Positions 12,730 through 26,220 of a DNA stretch of 64,000 nt are shown here, piece after piece. The translations under genes were made by a program, and so were the position numbers. The DNA is from Octopus sinensis (Eukaryota), in NCBI RefSeq assembly GCF_006345805.1, contig NC_043011.1, forward strand, positions 57,920,464-57,984,463, given 5' to 3'. Each line of letters starts with the position of its first letter. Positions within the stretch are counted from its first letter, which is position 1. The notes under the pieces were generated by a model that searched no databases, was not told where the DNA came from, and worked only from the letters and a program-made list of their open reading frames with translations.

Positions 12730-13122
12730 TGGCTGCTGTGCTGCTGCTGTTGCTGTTGAGCGAACGGTCTTCGTCCCAGAGCTCGCAAGATGAGAAAAGT
12801 CCGAAACGTGGTCCTTTGCTATTCGTAAGACCCGCAGAAGAGAAAGCAGGTCAACCCCCGGCACTGAGAGCATCGACGGATGGATTGAATGCGCATCCAG
12901 GCTCGGCGGTTGCGTAGGACGTCGGGGACAAGAAACAGGAAGAAAGAGTGTCAGAGAAAGTTGGAGCGAAAGAGTACAACAGGGGCCGCCACCACCCCCT
13001 GCCGGAGCCTCGAGGAGCTTTAGGTGTTTTCGCTCAATAAACACACACAGCACCCGGTCTAGGAATCGAAACCGCGATCCTCCGATGCGAGTCCGCTGCC
13101 CTAACCATTGGGCCATTGCGCC
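12730..13122 (-). mobile_element. tRNA-derived SINE (family C, variant tail ending in (CAG/CAA)n)
   Basis: Minus strand ggcgcaaTGGCCCAATGGttagggcagcggactcgc...GTTTCGATTCC; body gagcgaaaacacctaaagctcc is shared with 49790-50100. Confidence 0.85.
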
Positions 13123-14031
13123 ATTGCGCATCCACTCTGTTGGTGGTGGTGGTCGTGGTAGTTGGCACGATCTACGAAAAAACAACAACAGCAATAAGTA
13201 AACAATATTTGGTAGTTCTTCAGAGACATCAAATTATAGACTCCCCATATCTTCCTAAGTATCAGGAGTCTCCAGTTATGCTGACTAACCAAGTCTGACT
13301 GGCCCGTGGAGAACCAATTAATAATCAAAGGAAATACATAAGATTTTAAACATCGTTTTCTTCACAATAAACATCTCTCTATCTTCTTCCACAAGAAAGT
13401 TTTGTAAACCAATTTCAGTTGTTAGCACTTACACCTGACATCTCTACACAACAAAAACATATAAAGTGGAACTTAGATCCCTGTCCAATTTTTGGCGTTT
13501 GCTTTGAGTTTAAAGTGAAGTTTTGAAGAAATATTTTCTGCAGTTCAGAGGAAGAATGTTTTTTCTTGCTCTTCCGACGGAGTTACAAGCTCCCTAGTAT
13601 TTCATTTCATTTTAGTTACAAGTGTTGATCTTACCTTCTTGAAACACCAGTAAAATCCCATTCATTTAGAATTATAAATAGTATCAATGTAGAAAACAAA
13701 TTATTGATTTTATTGAAAGGATATAATGTCTCACAAAAACATTGTAAATCAAAGTACAAATGTTTTTTTTTTTTTACTAGGTACACCGTTTTCGTACACA
13801 GATCTACTGAAATATTTCTATGGAATAAACCAGAAACGCGTTAGTTTGAGAAGTCCTGGAAAGCCGTAATGGAAAAAAAACAATGAAGCCTACAGAAGTT
13901 AGTCTATATAAAGCTGATGGCATATATAGTGTTCAAGTTTTCTCCTGATACCGTTGATACGGTTGTAGTAGACAATTATATAACAGACAGTCATATATAT
14001 CTCTATGTGCATAAACGTATATATAGGTGTG

Positions 14032-14063
<32 letters not shown>

Positions 14064-14140
14064 GTGTGTGTGGTGTATGTATTACATATATACGTATATG
14101 TGTATATATACATATATATATGTACATAAATTTATATGAA

Positions 14141-14185
<45 letters not shown>

Positions 14186-14187
14186 AC

Positions 14188-14218
<31 letters not shown>

Positions 14219-14789
14219 TTTATAGACATTTAACCAAACATTGTATAGATATTTCAGACTAAACATTCTAATCTTCAGCTGATCTGTGTAGACAAATGAT
14301 TGCGATTAACAGTTACGTGCCTGAATTCCTTGAAAAGTTTATATTATTTTATAATATAAAATTGATGTTTAATTTTGCAGACAAGTTTCTTTTTTTATTC
14401 CCAGATTCATCTTTGAATTTCGAAACAAGTTTAAATACTTGCCTGAGTTTATAAAGAATTATATATTCATTTTTAAAATCCACAACGAGATCGTAATCTT
14501 ACATTTGTTGTCCTGCTCGTAGACAATTGTGTATTCACTGCTAACAAGTTATTTAAATTCTTTTCAATGATTTATGCTTACAAATTGTCGAATTGACGTA
14601 CATTGTCAAAATTGAAGAAATCTCGCAGAATTCTTTGAAATAACGATGCTTTCAGTCGAAAGTGAAACTAATTAGTACATAGGTAATCGTTTTTTATTTC
14701 GTATATTTTCATTTGTCTTGCTTATTTTTACGCTTTGGTTTTTTGCCGCGATGAAAAAACTGAATAGACGTTTTATTGATAACTTCCCC

Positions 14790-15250
14790 TATTCACACCT
14801 TGATGTTCTGCGGTAGGTGATTTAAAAGTTGTGGACCCTTGAATACGAAGCTATTACAATATTGAGTTCGTACCCTCGATGGGGAAGATTGAACCATTGG
14901 TATTGTGCTGTGCCGTCCAGATCGGGAATTGTTGTTGCTTTTGATTCCGAAATTTGGAGCTAGACCCTCCATTATTTTCCCCGTGTATAGCACTGTATAT
15001 CTCTCACGTTTCCTCTCCAGGGACTAGAGTCCGAGTTCCTTCAACCTCTCCCAGTAGCCCATGTGTTTTACTAAGTCTATCTTCTTTGTGTAATGGCGCT
15101 GGATGGCTTCTAGTTCCGTAATTAGTTGACCACTGTTGGGAACAGTGGTGCAGACGACGACTGAGGACAAAGGAGGTTCTCCAAAGCAGAAGCATTTTGT
15201 CTCTGTTCCTGCTCCTGAAATACCATGAAGCCTTCTGGAGATTAATCTGT
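14790..15250 (-). mobile_element. CR1/L2-group LINE, 3' fragment of ORF2 (dead)
   Basis: MLLLWRTSFVLSRRLHHCSQQWS, a frameshift, then ELEAIQRHYTKKID..HMGYWERLKELGL*SLERKRERY...KGPQLLNHLP; matches the C-terminal motifs of CR1-type RT ORFs; in-frame TAG at 15024-15026. Confidence 0.85.
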
Positions 15251-15349
15251 CAGTTAAAATTATAGGACATTTCTTTCTATGGGTGTACATATGTTTTTAT
15301 ACGTATACTTTACATACGCGTGAATCATGATGTCACCTCCATTATATAT

Positions 15350-15379
15350 GCATATCTATCTATCTATCTATCTATCTAA

Positions 15380-15440
<61 letters not shown>

Positions 15441-15501
15441 GATATGTTTATGTTTATGTATATGTATATATGTATATATATATATATACATATATACATA
15501 T

Positions 15502-15543
<42 letters not shown>

Positions 15544-15615
15544 TACATACATGTATACATATATATAAATATTCATGTATATATATATATATATATTCAT
15601 GTATATATATATATA
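15350..15615. repeat. (ATCT)n followed by (TA)n microsatellite
   Basis: Direct inspection. Confidence 0.9.
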
Positions 15616-16484
15616 AGTAGAGTTGTACATATAGAATTGCATATGAATAAAAGAGATTTTTCAAAGATAGATGTCTTACCACAGTTAAGTTTGAACGTAC
15701 GAGACACACATTAAACAACAACAACAACATGTATCAATTCTAAGGCAGGAATACTTTGTGTAGTTCTTCAAAGGTATTTTCTTTCGCCACTTGCACACTC
15801 TTATCATTATCAATAACTTTCCCATCCTCTTTGCAGTCGAACATGGCCGTCTGATTGATGTGTATTCACACACAATGTCTAATGATAGTTTATCAGATTT
15901 TCAACACCGTCATTCTTTTCACAAGAGACATTTCCGTCTCCTTTTCTAAAAAAAAAACACAGGGTCCTTTGTTAGCTAATTCCAGCTTTCAATAGATCTA
16001 TTGCTTATGCGTAATTCGAGGAAAAAATGTCTATCTAGCGTTAGTCATATACTTGTTAAATAAGATTTTGCTTATCTCCTAATTTTAGTGTCAGCCAAAT
16101 GTCAGTGCTTTTCACGGTACAAAAAAAATTAACCCATCTAGATAAATACATTTTTTCTTGGATCTTCCGACTCAGTGTAATTGTAGCTTCTACTGATGAA
16201 AGTAGAAAGTATAAACCCGTTGTTGAGTCGCGAGTTCTAAAACTATAAAACTATGCACGATAAGTAATGATTGCTGATCTATTGAATGTATATATTATAA
16301 AAGGGAGAAGCTTACAAAGAGATTAGAAATGTTCGCTCCTATTGCAAACATAGCTACTCGACCATGTCGAAAGAGAGAATATAATAATGAATCTGGTGGT
16401 ATTCATCGCGATTTCGTATACTGGCAAAAGGCCGGGAAACATAGAAGTGGGGTACAGTTTGGTTATATTGAGACCTTTGCTTCA

Positions 16485-16595
16485 GTGGTACGTAACGTTA
16501 CTGGCCCCGAAAAGTTGAGAGGCAAATTTGGCATCGGTAGGATTTGAACTCATAACGTAAACTATCGGAAGAAATACGGTCATGCATTTATCTGG
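16485..16595 (-). mobile_element. Diverged SINE family B fragment
   Basis: gatttgaactcataacgtaa is the reverse complement of the family B B-box region. Confidence 0.5.
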
Positions 16596-16761
16596 TGAAT
16601 TCATAATGCAGTGATAGTGAGATTTTTGTGAAGTTAAAACACGAAAGCCCACTCAAAATAACACACATACACACATACGCACATACACACACATACACAC
16701 ACACACACATACGCGCGCGCGCACACTCACACATACAAAAAAAAGCCGCATTGAAAAATGC

Positions 16762-16868
16762 AGGCTTACAAAGAAGAAGCTCTGGGGTTGATTTGCTCGA
16801 CTAAAGGCGGTGCTCCAGCATGGCCACTGTCAAATGACTGAAACAAGAAAAACTAAAAATAAAGAGAA
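16762..16868 (+). mobile_element. SINE family A, 3' fragment
   Basis: ttgctcgactaaaggcggtgctccagcatggcc...gactgaaacaag. Confidence 0.8.
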
Positions 16869-16913
16869 TTTATATAAGCATATAAATACATATATATATA
16901 TACATGTATATAT

Positions 16914-16986
<73 letters not shown>

Positions 16987-16992
16987 ACGATT

Positions 16993-17171
16993 GATCGTTA
17001 GTCTCTACACACATTTTTTTCTCTCCTTGTTTTTTTCTGTGTCCCTTTCTGTAGAAGAGCGTAGGTTCGAAACGTAAAAACTTTTTCTATTCTTGAGCGT
17101 TATACTAATACATCTGTTTGTTTTGTACACCACCTGTCTTCGTCTTTTGTTTTTTTCGTAAACTCTCCCTA
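16993..17171 (+). mobile_element. Short dispersed repeat family F (PLE-like, hammerhead-variant motif at 17041-17082), copy 1
   Basis: Near-identical to 26782-26940 and 49572-49775; contains cuuu CUGUAGA A GAGC guag GUUC GAAAC GUA aaa. Confidence 0.75.
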
Positions 17172-17180
17172 TATACATAC

Positions 17181-17235
<55 letters not shown>

Positions 17236-18459
17236 TTTTTGCGTGTTTTGTGGAATGTTGTTTTCATTTCACATTCATTCATAGAAAATAATTTATCACC
17301 ACAGTCATATTCTCTCTGGACTTCCTGTAAACAAAGATCCTTTCCGCGCTCTGCTCACACATTCGGCAATGAATAATAGTGACTTACTACGTGTATCATG
17401 CTTATTGATCTTGCATTTATTTTGGGATCCCCTGGTGGATGTTTTCCGGGGTACTCGAACTTACAGAATTAACCGATAACAGATCTGAATGCTGTTTGGA
17501 ATTCTATTCACCGAAAACTGCAATACAGAACAAAACAAGAGTATGTCAATTTGGCCGTTGTACCTGTCGGATAATACAGTTTGTGATACGCTATCTCTGA
17601 ATGTATTAAGGGTGGCAATCCCTTAAATAGAGGACTGGACAATAAGTGCAGATGTAATTATGCAACAATATTTACGAAAACGATTGCAACCACACCAAGG
17701 AAAATGGTACGAATCAACATCGTCATTATACTCCTCCCCTTCTTCCTGTTCCACCTCCTCCTCTTCACCATTATCATCACCGCCACCACCATCACCACCG
17801 CCACCATCATCACCACCGCCACCACCACCACCTTGGCCGTCGTCGTCGTCATCATCACCATCCTCATCATCATGGTAATCATCAATATCTTGGTAATTAC
17901 TCGTCTTTATGCATCTAATAATCCCAAAGGGCATCTGCGAGGTGGTTCATGAAAGGTTCCTAGCTTTAAAGGTATCGCGAAAGGCCTGGCTGGAGGCCAA
18001 AGTACCGAATTCTTTCACAGGGTTTAGATAAACCGAAGGACCGCTGCAATAGGTGTGTAACTGTAAGCGGGGAATATGTTGAATAAAATCATAATTAACG
18101 GACCCTCCTGTATTTTCTTTTCCCAAGCCATGAACTTTCCTGCACCTTCTCGAACTAGAACTCACCCTCCGTGCAAACAAAAGCATTCGACAATTTAAGA
18201 AACAATTTACCCACAACTATAGACTTAAGTATTATTCTCACAGAAGAACTTCTCAGGTTTGCTACTAATATACAAATAGTAATTTTTAAAGCGAGTGTTT
18301 CTATGATTAACATTGAAATTTATATATATTGCCGCAATTATTGAATTTACAAACGAGAATAAGAAAACCGTTTGAAACATGAGAGGATAGGCTCATATTT
18401 CAATCGATATGTCTCTACTTTATTTGATCTTCGTTCAGTTTTTGTCATAGTAATTATAT

Positions 18460-18526
<67 letters not shown>

Positions 18527-18547
18527 CATCATGATCATCATCATTAA

Positions 18548-18760
18548 GGCGGCGAGCTGGCAGAGAGGCATGCATTCCGGACGAAATGCTTAGCTGTATT
18601 TCGTCTGTCTTCCCGTTCTGAGTTCAAATTCCGCCGTGGTCGATGTTGCCTTTCATCCTTTTAGGATCGATAAATTAAGTACCAGTTGCGTACTGGGGTC
18701 GATCTAATCGACTGGACCCCGCCCCCAAATTTCTGGACTTGTGCGTAGAGTAGAAAAGAT
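18548..18760 (+). mobile_element. tRNA-derived SINE (family B, alternative 3' end)
   Basis: ggcggcgagcTGGCAGAG...GAGTTCAAATTCC, core gcctttcatccttttaggatcgataaattaagtaccag, tail ...agagtagaaaagat. Confidence 0.88.
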
Positions 18761-18822
18761 TCTTATTAGTGTATTGCGTAGATAATGCTGTCAGTACCCA
18801 CCCAGCTATAATTAAGATGTAT

Positions 18823-19177
18823 GGGCAGAGGCATGTCTGTGTGATAAGAAGGTTGCTTCTCAGAGACATGGTTCCAGGTTCAGCACCTTACCCACGTGTC
18901 TCCTACTATAGCCTCAGGCTGACAAAACCATTTAATAATCGCAAATTGAAAGAAGCCCATAATACATGTATGTCTATTTGTGTCTGTGTGGATCTTTGTG
19001 GCTGTGTTCGTCCCCCCACTAACACTTGATAACCGGTGCTCGTCTGTTTACGCCCCGCCCCGTACCTTAGCAGTACGGTAAAAGACACCGATAAAATAAG
19101 TACCCGAATTCATCCGTCTGAAGGCGATGCCCCAGCATGGCCATAATCAAATGACTGGAACAAGCAAAAGAGAGAAG
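18823..19177 (+). mobile_element. SINE family A, diverged
   Basis: catggttccaggttcag...ctactatagcctcagg...aaagaagccc...ccagcatggcc...aaatgactggaacaag. Confidence 0.7.
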
Positions 19178-19523
19178 GTATAAAATCCTGCTATTTTCTG
19201 TTGCCATTCGTTATTTTAGTGAATGTTATTCTCTGTGGGACATGGATTCCTGCAATGTCAGTAAACGATACAGACTTGTGAACCTGATAAGGGTTTTCAG
19301 CCCCAGAATGTCAAGGGTTTTCTGCCTTATTTGCTCGTTAACAAATAATGTTAAAGTGATGGCTTGTTGCCAACTTAATGTAGCAGTCCCAGGAAAGGGA
19401 AGAATGTTACTGTTATTTAGCCCCAAGAAACATCGTTTCTAGTTGGATACACGGCATAAGCGTTCATTGTCCTTAACTTTCCAAACAAGCGAGATAAGCA
19501 CTTCCACACAAGAAAGCCAGCAA

Positions 19524-19564
19524 CCAGAGACTAGTTCCAGAGTAATTGCCCTTCATCAGTCTGG
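19524..19564 (-). ncRNA. Type I hammerhead ribozyme motif with one core substitution
   Basis: CCAGA CUGAUGA AGGG caauua CUCU GGAAC ua GUC UCUGG; 5-bp stem I, 4-bp stem II, palindromic ACUAGU stem III; GGAA replaces GAAA. Confidence 0.7.
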
Positions 19565-19956
19565 AGAGGTTTGGCCTTGTTAGATGTCGCTGCTAAACGG
19601 CTGTTGAATTTCAAGTGAAATACATTCAAAGATCGACAAAAATAGAAATCTTGTATTTCTAAATCTCTAATAATGTCAGCGTTAAAAGTTTGTGGTAATC
19701 ATAGTACTCAAGTGTTCTGTGTTTACTTCACAAGTTGAAAGGATTGGAAATAATGGACAGAGCTGTCGATTTCATTAATATGCAGTCAGCATCGTTTCCT
19801 AATTAAATACCTCAATTAACGTTTTTCATCTTCATCATCGCTTTAGTGTGTTTTTCATTTGATCAGACACAAGGTGTCCTCTGCTCATGACAAAGTTATT
19901 AGTTTTGTGTCAAATAATATTTTACAGGGTTCGTTCGTCTTTCACTCTACCAGCAC

Positions 19957-20287
19957 CCCGTGCGTAACTTGGTGGTTAGAGTAATTGGCTCATGATCGTA
20001 AGGTCCTAATTTCGATTCCCAGGCAGCGCGTTGTGTCCCTGACCAGGAGACATTTTTTCCACGTTGCTTCAGTTCATTCAGCTAGCAAAAATGAGTAGTA
20101 ACTGTAATTCCAAGGGGGCCAGCCATGTCACATTCAATCTCACATTGAATCTCCGTGAGAACTACATTAAGGGTGCGCATGTCGGTGGTGTACTCAGCCA
20201 CTTGCACTTGAACTTTGGTTTCACGATCAGGCTATTCCGTTGATCGGATCAACTTGAACCCTCATCGTCCTAACCGACGGAGTTCCA
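19957..20287 (+). mobile_element. tRNA-derived SINE (family E), diverged
   Basis: TTGGTGGTTAGAG...TTTCGATTCCC head, gttgtgtcc...ttcagctagcaaaaatgagtag body, 3' gttgatcggatcaac...taaccgacggag. Confidence 0.7.
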
Positions 20288-20389
20288 GTAGTCCAATGAA
20301 TGAAACGAATGAATGAGAAATTCTCTATTGAGAATCTTAGTAAACCATTAATATTTATAGTAAATATTTTAAGCTCCAGTTGTTCAATG

Positions 20390-20640
20390 ACAGAATCTAT
20401 GTGATTCTCAGATTAACAATTTCACACCTGATTTCTTAGAAAAAATTATATTCGTATATTTATGCTTGAATTCCTATGCAATAACTTTACATTCTTATAT
20501 TCATGTTTTGAATTTTTAGTCAAGTTTATATTCTTATATTCTTATCTAGGTCCTAGACGCTTTTGTAATCCTGCATTCTTGAAATCTTATATAATTTCGT
20601 ATGCTTATATACGTAATCACATTCTTAGACAATCATATAT
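20390..20640 (+). repeat. Old local repeat family G, copy 2 (partial)
   Basis: cagattaacaatt...atttatgcttga...caagtttatattc. Confidence 0.55.
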
Positions 20641-20650
20641 ATATATATTA

Positions 20651-20688
<38 letters not shown>

Positions 20689-20698
20689 TATAATATAT

Positions 20699-20730
<32 letters not shown>

Positions 20731-21244
20731 ATATAAATATATATATATTATATATATCGTTTATATGTTTCTGATGATTATTTTCATTGGTTAAGATTAT
20801 AAAACCAAATTTCATTTGTATATAATAACTATACCTGGCAAATTAATAGACATCGCTTCAAATAATGAAAGGTCTAAAGGATTCTGTATACGTATGATGT
20901 TTTCTGTCGCCCAAGTATAATAGGACAAGTTGTTAAAATACTCCAAGGAAAGGAAAGAAAAGCAAATTTATGTTGATTGCTAAAAACATTTGCATATGGC
21001 GCTGGTATAGATATAAAGAGGAGACAAATGAAAGAGTCCCTGCGGGATCACTTGTGATGGAAGAAATAAGAGCGAATTGTTTTGCGGATTATACTCTGCA
21101 CCCCTTAGAGAAAATCAAATTATAGTTTTGAGTTAGACTAGTGAATTCGATTCAACGTAGTGGTCGAGGTTGGAATGTACTTGATCATGATTGCACACAA
21201 TCATAGCTAGATGGGCTAACAAAAAGTTAATAGCAAATAAAAGA

Positions 21245-21449
21245 TGATGAAGAAGAAGGAAGGAGGAGGAGAAGGAGAAGAAGGAAAGAGGAGGAGGAGA
21301 AGAAGAAGGAAGGAGGAGAAGAAGAAGGAAGGAAGAGGAGGAGAAGAAAAATAAGAAGAAGGAAGGAAGAGGAGGAGAAGAAGGAAGGAAGGAGAAGGAG
21401 GAGGAGAAGAAGAAGAAGAAGAAGAAGAAGAAGAAGAAAGCAGGACGAG

Positions 21450-21480
<31 letters not shown>
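21245..21480. repeat. (GAA/GGA)n polypurine tract ending in (CAG)n
   Basis: Direct inspection. Confidence 0.9.
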
Positions 21481-21483
<3 letters not shown>

Positions 21484-22163
21484 TTTGTCTAGTTCGTGAG
21501 AGATATTAACTTTCACAACTTGCGTATGTAATTACGTTGCAAAACAATTAGGTTTTAATAACTTAGTCTAGTTAAATCAATATCTCTCACCTATTTCAAG
21601 CCCCAAATATAATAGAAATTGTATGGTGTGTGTGTGTGTGTGTATGTGTGTGTCTATATATGTATATATATATGGAGAGAGAGAGAGAGATAGGGAGAGA
21701 GAGGGAGGGAGCAGTGAAGAAGGATAAAAGAGAAGCGAGAGAAAGACATGAAAGAGATTGTTACTTACTGGCAAAGAAGTTTGTTTGCATTCGTGTAACA
21801 CCCGGTCATTCGACGTGTCGAAAGAGGAGCGTAATCTCTCGCAAATTACCAGCAATAATCTTAGATATTACATTGCACAGTAGAGATCCGGGGAATTGCG
21901 ACGCCTTCAACTCATTTTATTATGGTTTCTTCCAATCATGGCTGACAAAGCTTTGCAAAATAACAGCCAGTTTTATTCGAACCAACGAAGTTGCACCTTG
22001 CTCGATCATGTGACCTGTTACAAATTATATTTTACATTTTTTTAAGAAGAAAGTGTACGACAGAAATTGCACTGTTGAAAGTACAATGAACTTTTTCCTG
22101 TCTGCTGCTCGTTTCTTGAACTCATATTTGAAATTCAAAATGAAGCCAAAGAAGACAAACCAT

Positions 22164-22663
<500 letters not shown>

Positions 22664-22754
22664 TCTGCTAGAAATAGTAGCATCGTTTCTCCGTTTTAAA
22701 TTAGGATATTCGCAAGTCTTTTCCAAAATCCAAATCAAATCAGTAAAACACGCG

Positions 22755-23120
22755 CATGTCACAGCTGGAGCTACGTCACCTCTTTATTTGGAAGTATAAT
22801 CGAAGCGATTTCTCAATTCGTCGGACTCTCTCACAAAATTTCAGACTTTTCAACAGTTCTAAGAAATCTGCAACAAGTAGAGTCTGGAGACTTACCAAAC
22901 ATATATTGTACTAACACTGCTAGAAACAGTGACGAAAGCATTTTCTTCCCCAGCTGATCTGCCTCGACCACATAATCTGATTAGCAATTATACGCTTGAA
23001 TTCCTCGACAAGTTTATATTCCTGTAGTCTTGCTTGATTACATTTACAAGTTTTTTTTTTCTGATATTCTTATACTTCATATTCCTACATTCTTGCCCAA
23101 CTTCTTAGTTAAGTTTGTAT
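22755..23120 (+). repeat. Old local repeat family G, copy 3
   Basis: catgtcacagct...gattagcaattatacgcttga...gacaagtttatattc. Confidence 0.6.
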
Positions 23121-23145
23121 ATATACATACACGTACATACATACA

Positions 23146-23181
<36 letters not shown>

Positions 23182-23184
23182 TAT

Positions 23185-23376
23185 GCTTAGCGGTATTTCG
23201 TCTGTCGTTACGTTCTGAGTTCAAATTCTGCCGAGGTCCACTTTGCCTTTCATCCTTTCGGGGTCGATAAATAAAGTACCAGTTTCGCACTGGGGGTCGA
23301 TGTAATCGACTTAATCCCTTTGTCTGTCCTTGTTTGTCCCCTCTGTGTTTATCCCATTGTGGGCAATAAAGAAATA
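23185..23376 (+). mobile_element. SINE family B, 5'-truncated
   Basis: gcttagcggtatttcgtc...gagttcaaattc...gggcaataaagaaata. Confidence 0.88.
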
Positions 23377-24890
23377 TACGTATATATATATAAATGTTTA
23401 AGTAGTTGAATGAATTATCCTAGTATGGATAATTCGGTTAACCGATACACGGGTAGCAAATTTACGTCAGGAAGCACGGTTGAAGCTACATGCCAAGGGC
23501 AGAAATCACGTGCTTTCGTGTGGAAATTTGTGTGTTTTTTTACTATAGATAAATATCTATATATATATATATAAATTTATATAAAAATATATATAAAGAA
23601 ATATATATATCATATATATATATATATAATATATATAAAGAAATATATTCATATATAAAAAATATATATATACATTATTCTTACATGTCAAGACAACTTA
23701 ATATACTTGTGTACAGAGTGAGTCGCATTGATAGACAAGTTGGTATTGAGCTTTTTTTCTCCTGTGATACTTTAATTATGTTAATACATTTATGATTACA
23801 GATATTAAATTAACCGACAACTAAAATTAAAGAGGTGCTTGAAAAATTCTACGCGAAGATGTGCAATGTTTCCAGTCAACTAAACACAGTAGAGCCCACC
23901 GGCGAAATTCTTCAACGGAAGTAAAAGAACAAAACAAAACAAAATGGTGAACTCAGAGAGATTCTCAGAAAACTACCGTATTTATAAATAAACTAGTACT
24001 ACATAAGACCGCCTCTGCACGGTCGCTTCAGTTGCTACAAATTGTAGGAAGAACTCTTATATAAAACTCTGCTTTCTTAGCAAAACAAATATATAATAGA
24101 CAACGGAAGCCGGGACAGAGAGGAAATAGAATTGTGAGGGTCTTTGCTCGACAGCAGTCAATGAAAATATTGTCTACAACAAGAACAACGAAAGCAAGAA
24201 GAACAGCAGCAACAGCAAGACAAGAGCAAAGCTTTGTATAAACTTCAGTGATATTGTCTCTCACCTTCTGTATATTTTGTCGAGACGGAAAATCCCCGTC
24301 ATATCTGCTGCCCGGTATGGAGTCTGACTGACGTGTGGTTCCTTGGAGCATAAATAATAAAGCGAATTATCAACAACGTAATTCTGTTTATTGTAGATAT
24401 ATCTTCCTCAAGGAACAGGATCGTTTGTTAAATGATTATAGTTCTCAATATTTACGCTTGAGATAAATATTTATCTCACCATCTATTCAATTTGAAGAGA
24501 AAAACAAAATTCCATTTTAAAATCAGTAGAATGACAATACGTCCATCCACATGAAGGAAGCCTAGATGGGTCAGTGCCGGATTAAATTATGCTTAATCGG
24601 TACCCACCTATCCACCATCCCCAGCTGCTAATATACTCCTTCAAAATATTACCAATATTTCCAACGACTAATATCTAATTACGGATCCATTGAAAGGCAC
24701 AACATTAAATACGCAAATTATAAACTTAATTAGAAATGTACAACACAATGTTTGATGTTGTCAGACATACTTGACATATTCCAAGGCCATCAATATTTGA
24801 CGTAACACTTATGCCGACAACGGCAATTGCTGAAGCTACGACTGTAACATAAGCGCACGTTTTCTTTGCCATTTTAATTTCTAAGGTTAA

Positions 24891-25335
24891 GGCGGCGAGC
24901 TGGCAGAATCGTTAGCACGCCAGGCGAAATGCTTAGCAGTATTTCGTCTGCCGCCACGTTCTGAGTTCAAATTCCGCCGGGGTCGACTTTACCTTTCATC
25001 CTTTCGGGGCCGATTAAATAAGTACCAGTTACGCACTGGGGTCGATATAATCGACTTAATCCGTTTGTCTGTCCTTGTTTGTCCCCTCTGTGTTTAGCCC
25101 CTTGTGGTTAGTAAAGAAATAGGTATTTCATCTGCGGCTACGTTCTGAGTTCAAATTCCGCCGAGGTCGACTTTGCCTTTCATCCTTTTGGGGTCGATTA
25201 AATAAGTAGCAGTTACGCACTGGAGTCCATATAATCGACTTAATCCGTTTGCCTGTCCTTGTTTGTCCTCTCTGTGTTTAGCCCCTTGTGGGTAGTAAAG
25301 AAATAGGTATTTCGTCTGCCGTTACGTTCTGAGTT
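24891..25335 (+). mobile_element. SINE family B: full copy plus head-to-tail truncated units (184-bp period)
   Basis: Full copy 24891-25121; units restart at ggtatttc at 25122 and 25306, each time directly after aaagaaata. Confidence 0.9.
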
Positions 25336-25591
25336 CCCGTCTACCAAACATACAATCCTTCGGTCGGCTCGAGTGTCTAATAGACTAATCATCGTTAAGG
25401 TGCTGCGCATTGTGATTAAACCCAAATCTTACGTGATTACATAGTAATCTTTTTTAGCCACATGTACACTCGCCGCACCTTCGCATGTTGAGCACCTATG
25501 GCTGGTTAACGTTCTTTAATTATCTTTCTCTCTGAGTCATTTGGTAAGAAATTAACAAGACTTTTTTCAAAAGCATGATCTGACAAATAAA

Positions 25592-26220
25592 CATGTCACA
25601 GCTACAATTATATTACATGTTTACTTCAAGTTTATATCCTAAGTGGCTTTTACATTCACCAGACTTTCTCACAGAATGACCAAGTTTTCAGCAACCAGAA
25701 GAACTTGACTGCAATTAGCGCCTGGGGATTTACACATAATGGCTGGATAATGACAGTAGCAGCTAATAATACATGATAATTCCTAGTAAACAGTTTAATC
25801 TCTAACTCAAACTACACAAACCTTTCAATGTAATTAAAATTTGATTCAGTGACAAGTTTATATCCTTAAATTCACGCTTGATCACGTCCACAACTTTTCT
25901 GTTCTTTACCCTTGTTTGAAGTTCCAGACGATTTCATATTTTTATATTCTTGTCTAAGTTTCTAGACAATTTTATATCCAGTCTTGATTTGGAAAGAAAG
26001 TTCAGATGCTTGTGTACGTAATCATGTTGAGAGACAAGTTTATATTCACCGGTTATATATTACTTCAAATCTTTTCATTGATTTTTGATTACATATGTCA
26101 AATTAAAAGCTATAACAGAAATCAAAGAACTGAATAAAGAATTCTATGTTTGGGTGTGTGATGCTTTCTATTAATTAACCAAATAGATCACGTGGGCGAA
26201 ATGGTTTCAAGAAACGCCAA
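25592..26220 (+). repeat. Old local repeat family G, copy 4
   Basis: catgtcacagcta...gacaagtttata...ttcattgattt...atgtcaaattaaaagc. Confidence 0.65.

Noticed and set aside
12785-12819. gtccGAAACgtgGTCctttgc hammerhead-like half
   Set aside because: No CUGANGA core upstream
14235-14285. Minus-strand CUGAAGA...UCU GAAAU motif
   Set aside because: Stem I has only one pair; likely chance or too decayed to call
17947-18216. Minus-strand donor G|GTGAGT and acceptor ccccgcttacag suggesting a ~100-bp intron
   Set aside because: All spliced frames give short unrecognisable peptides; insufficient support
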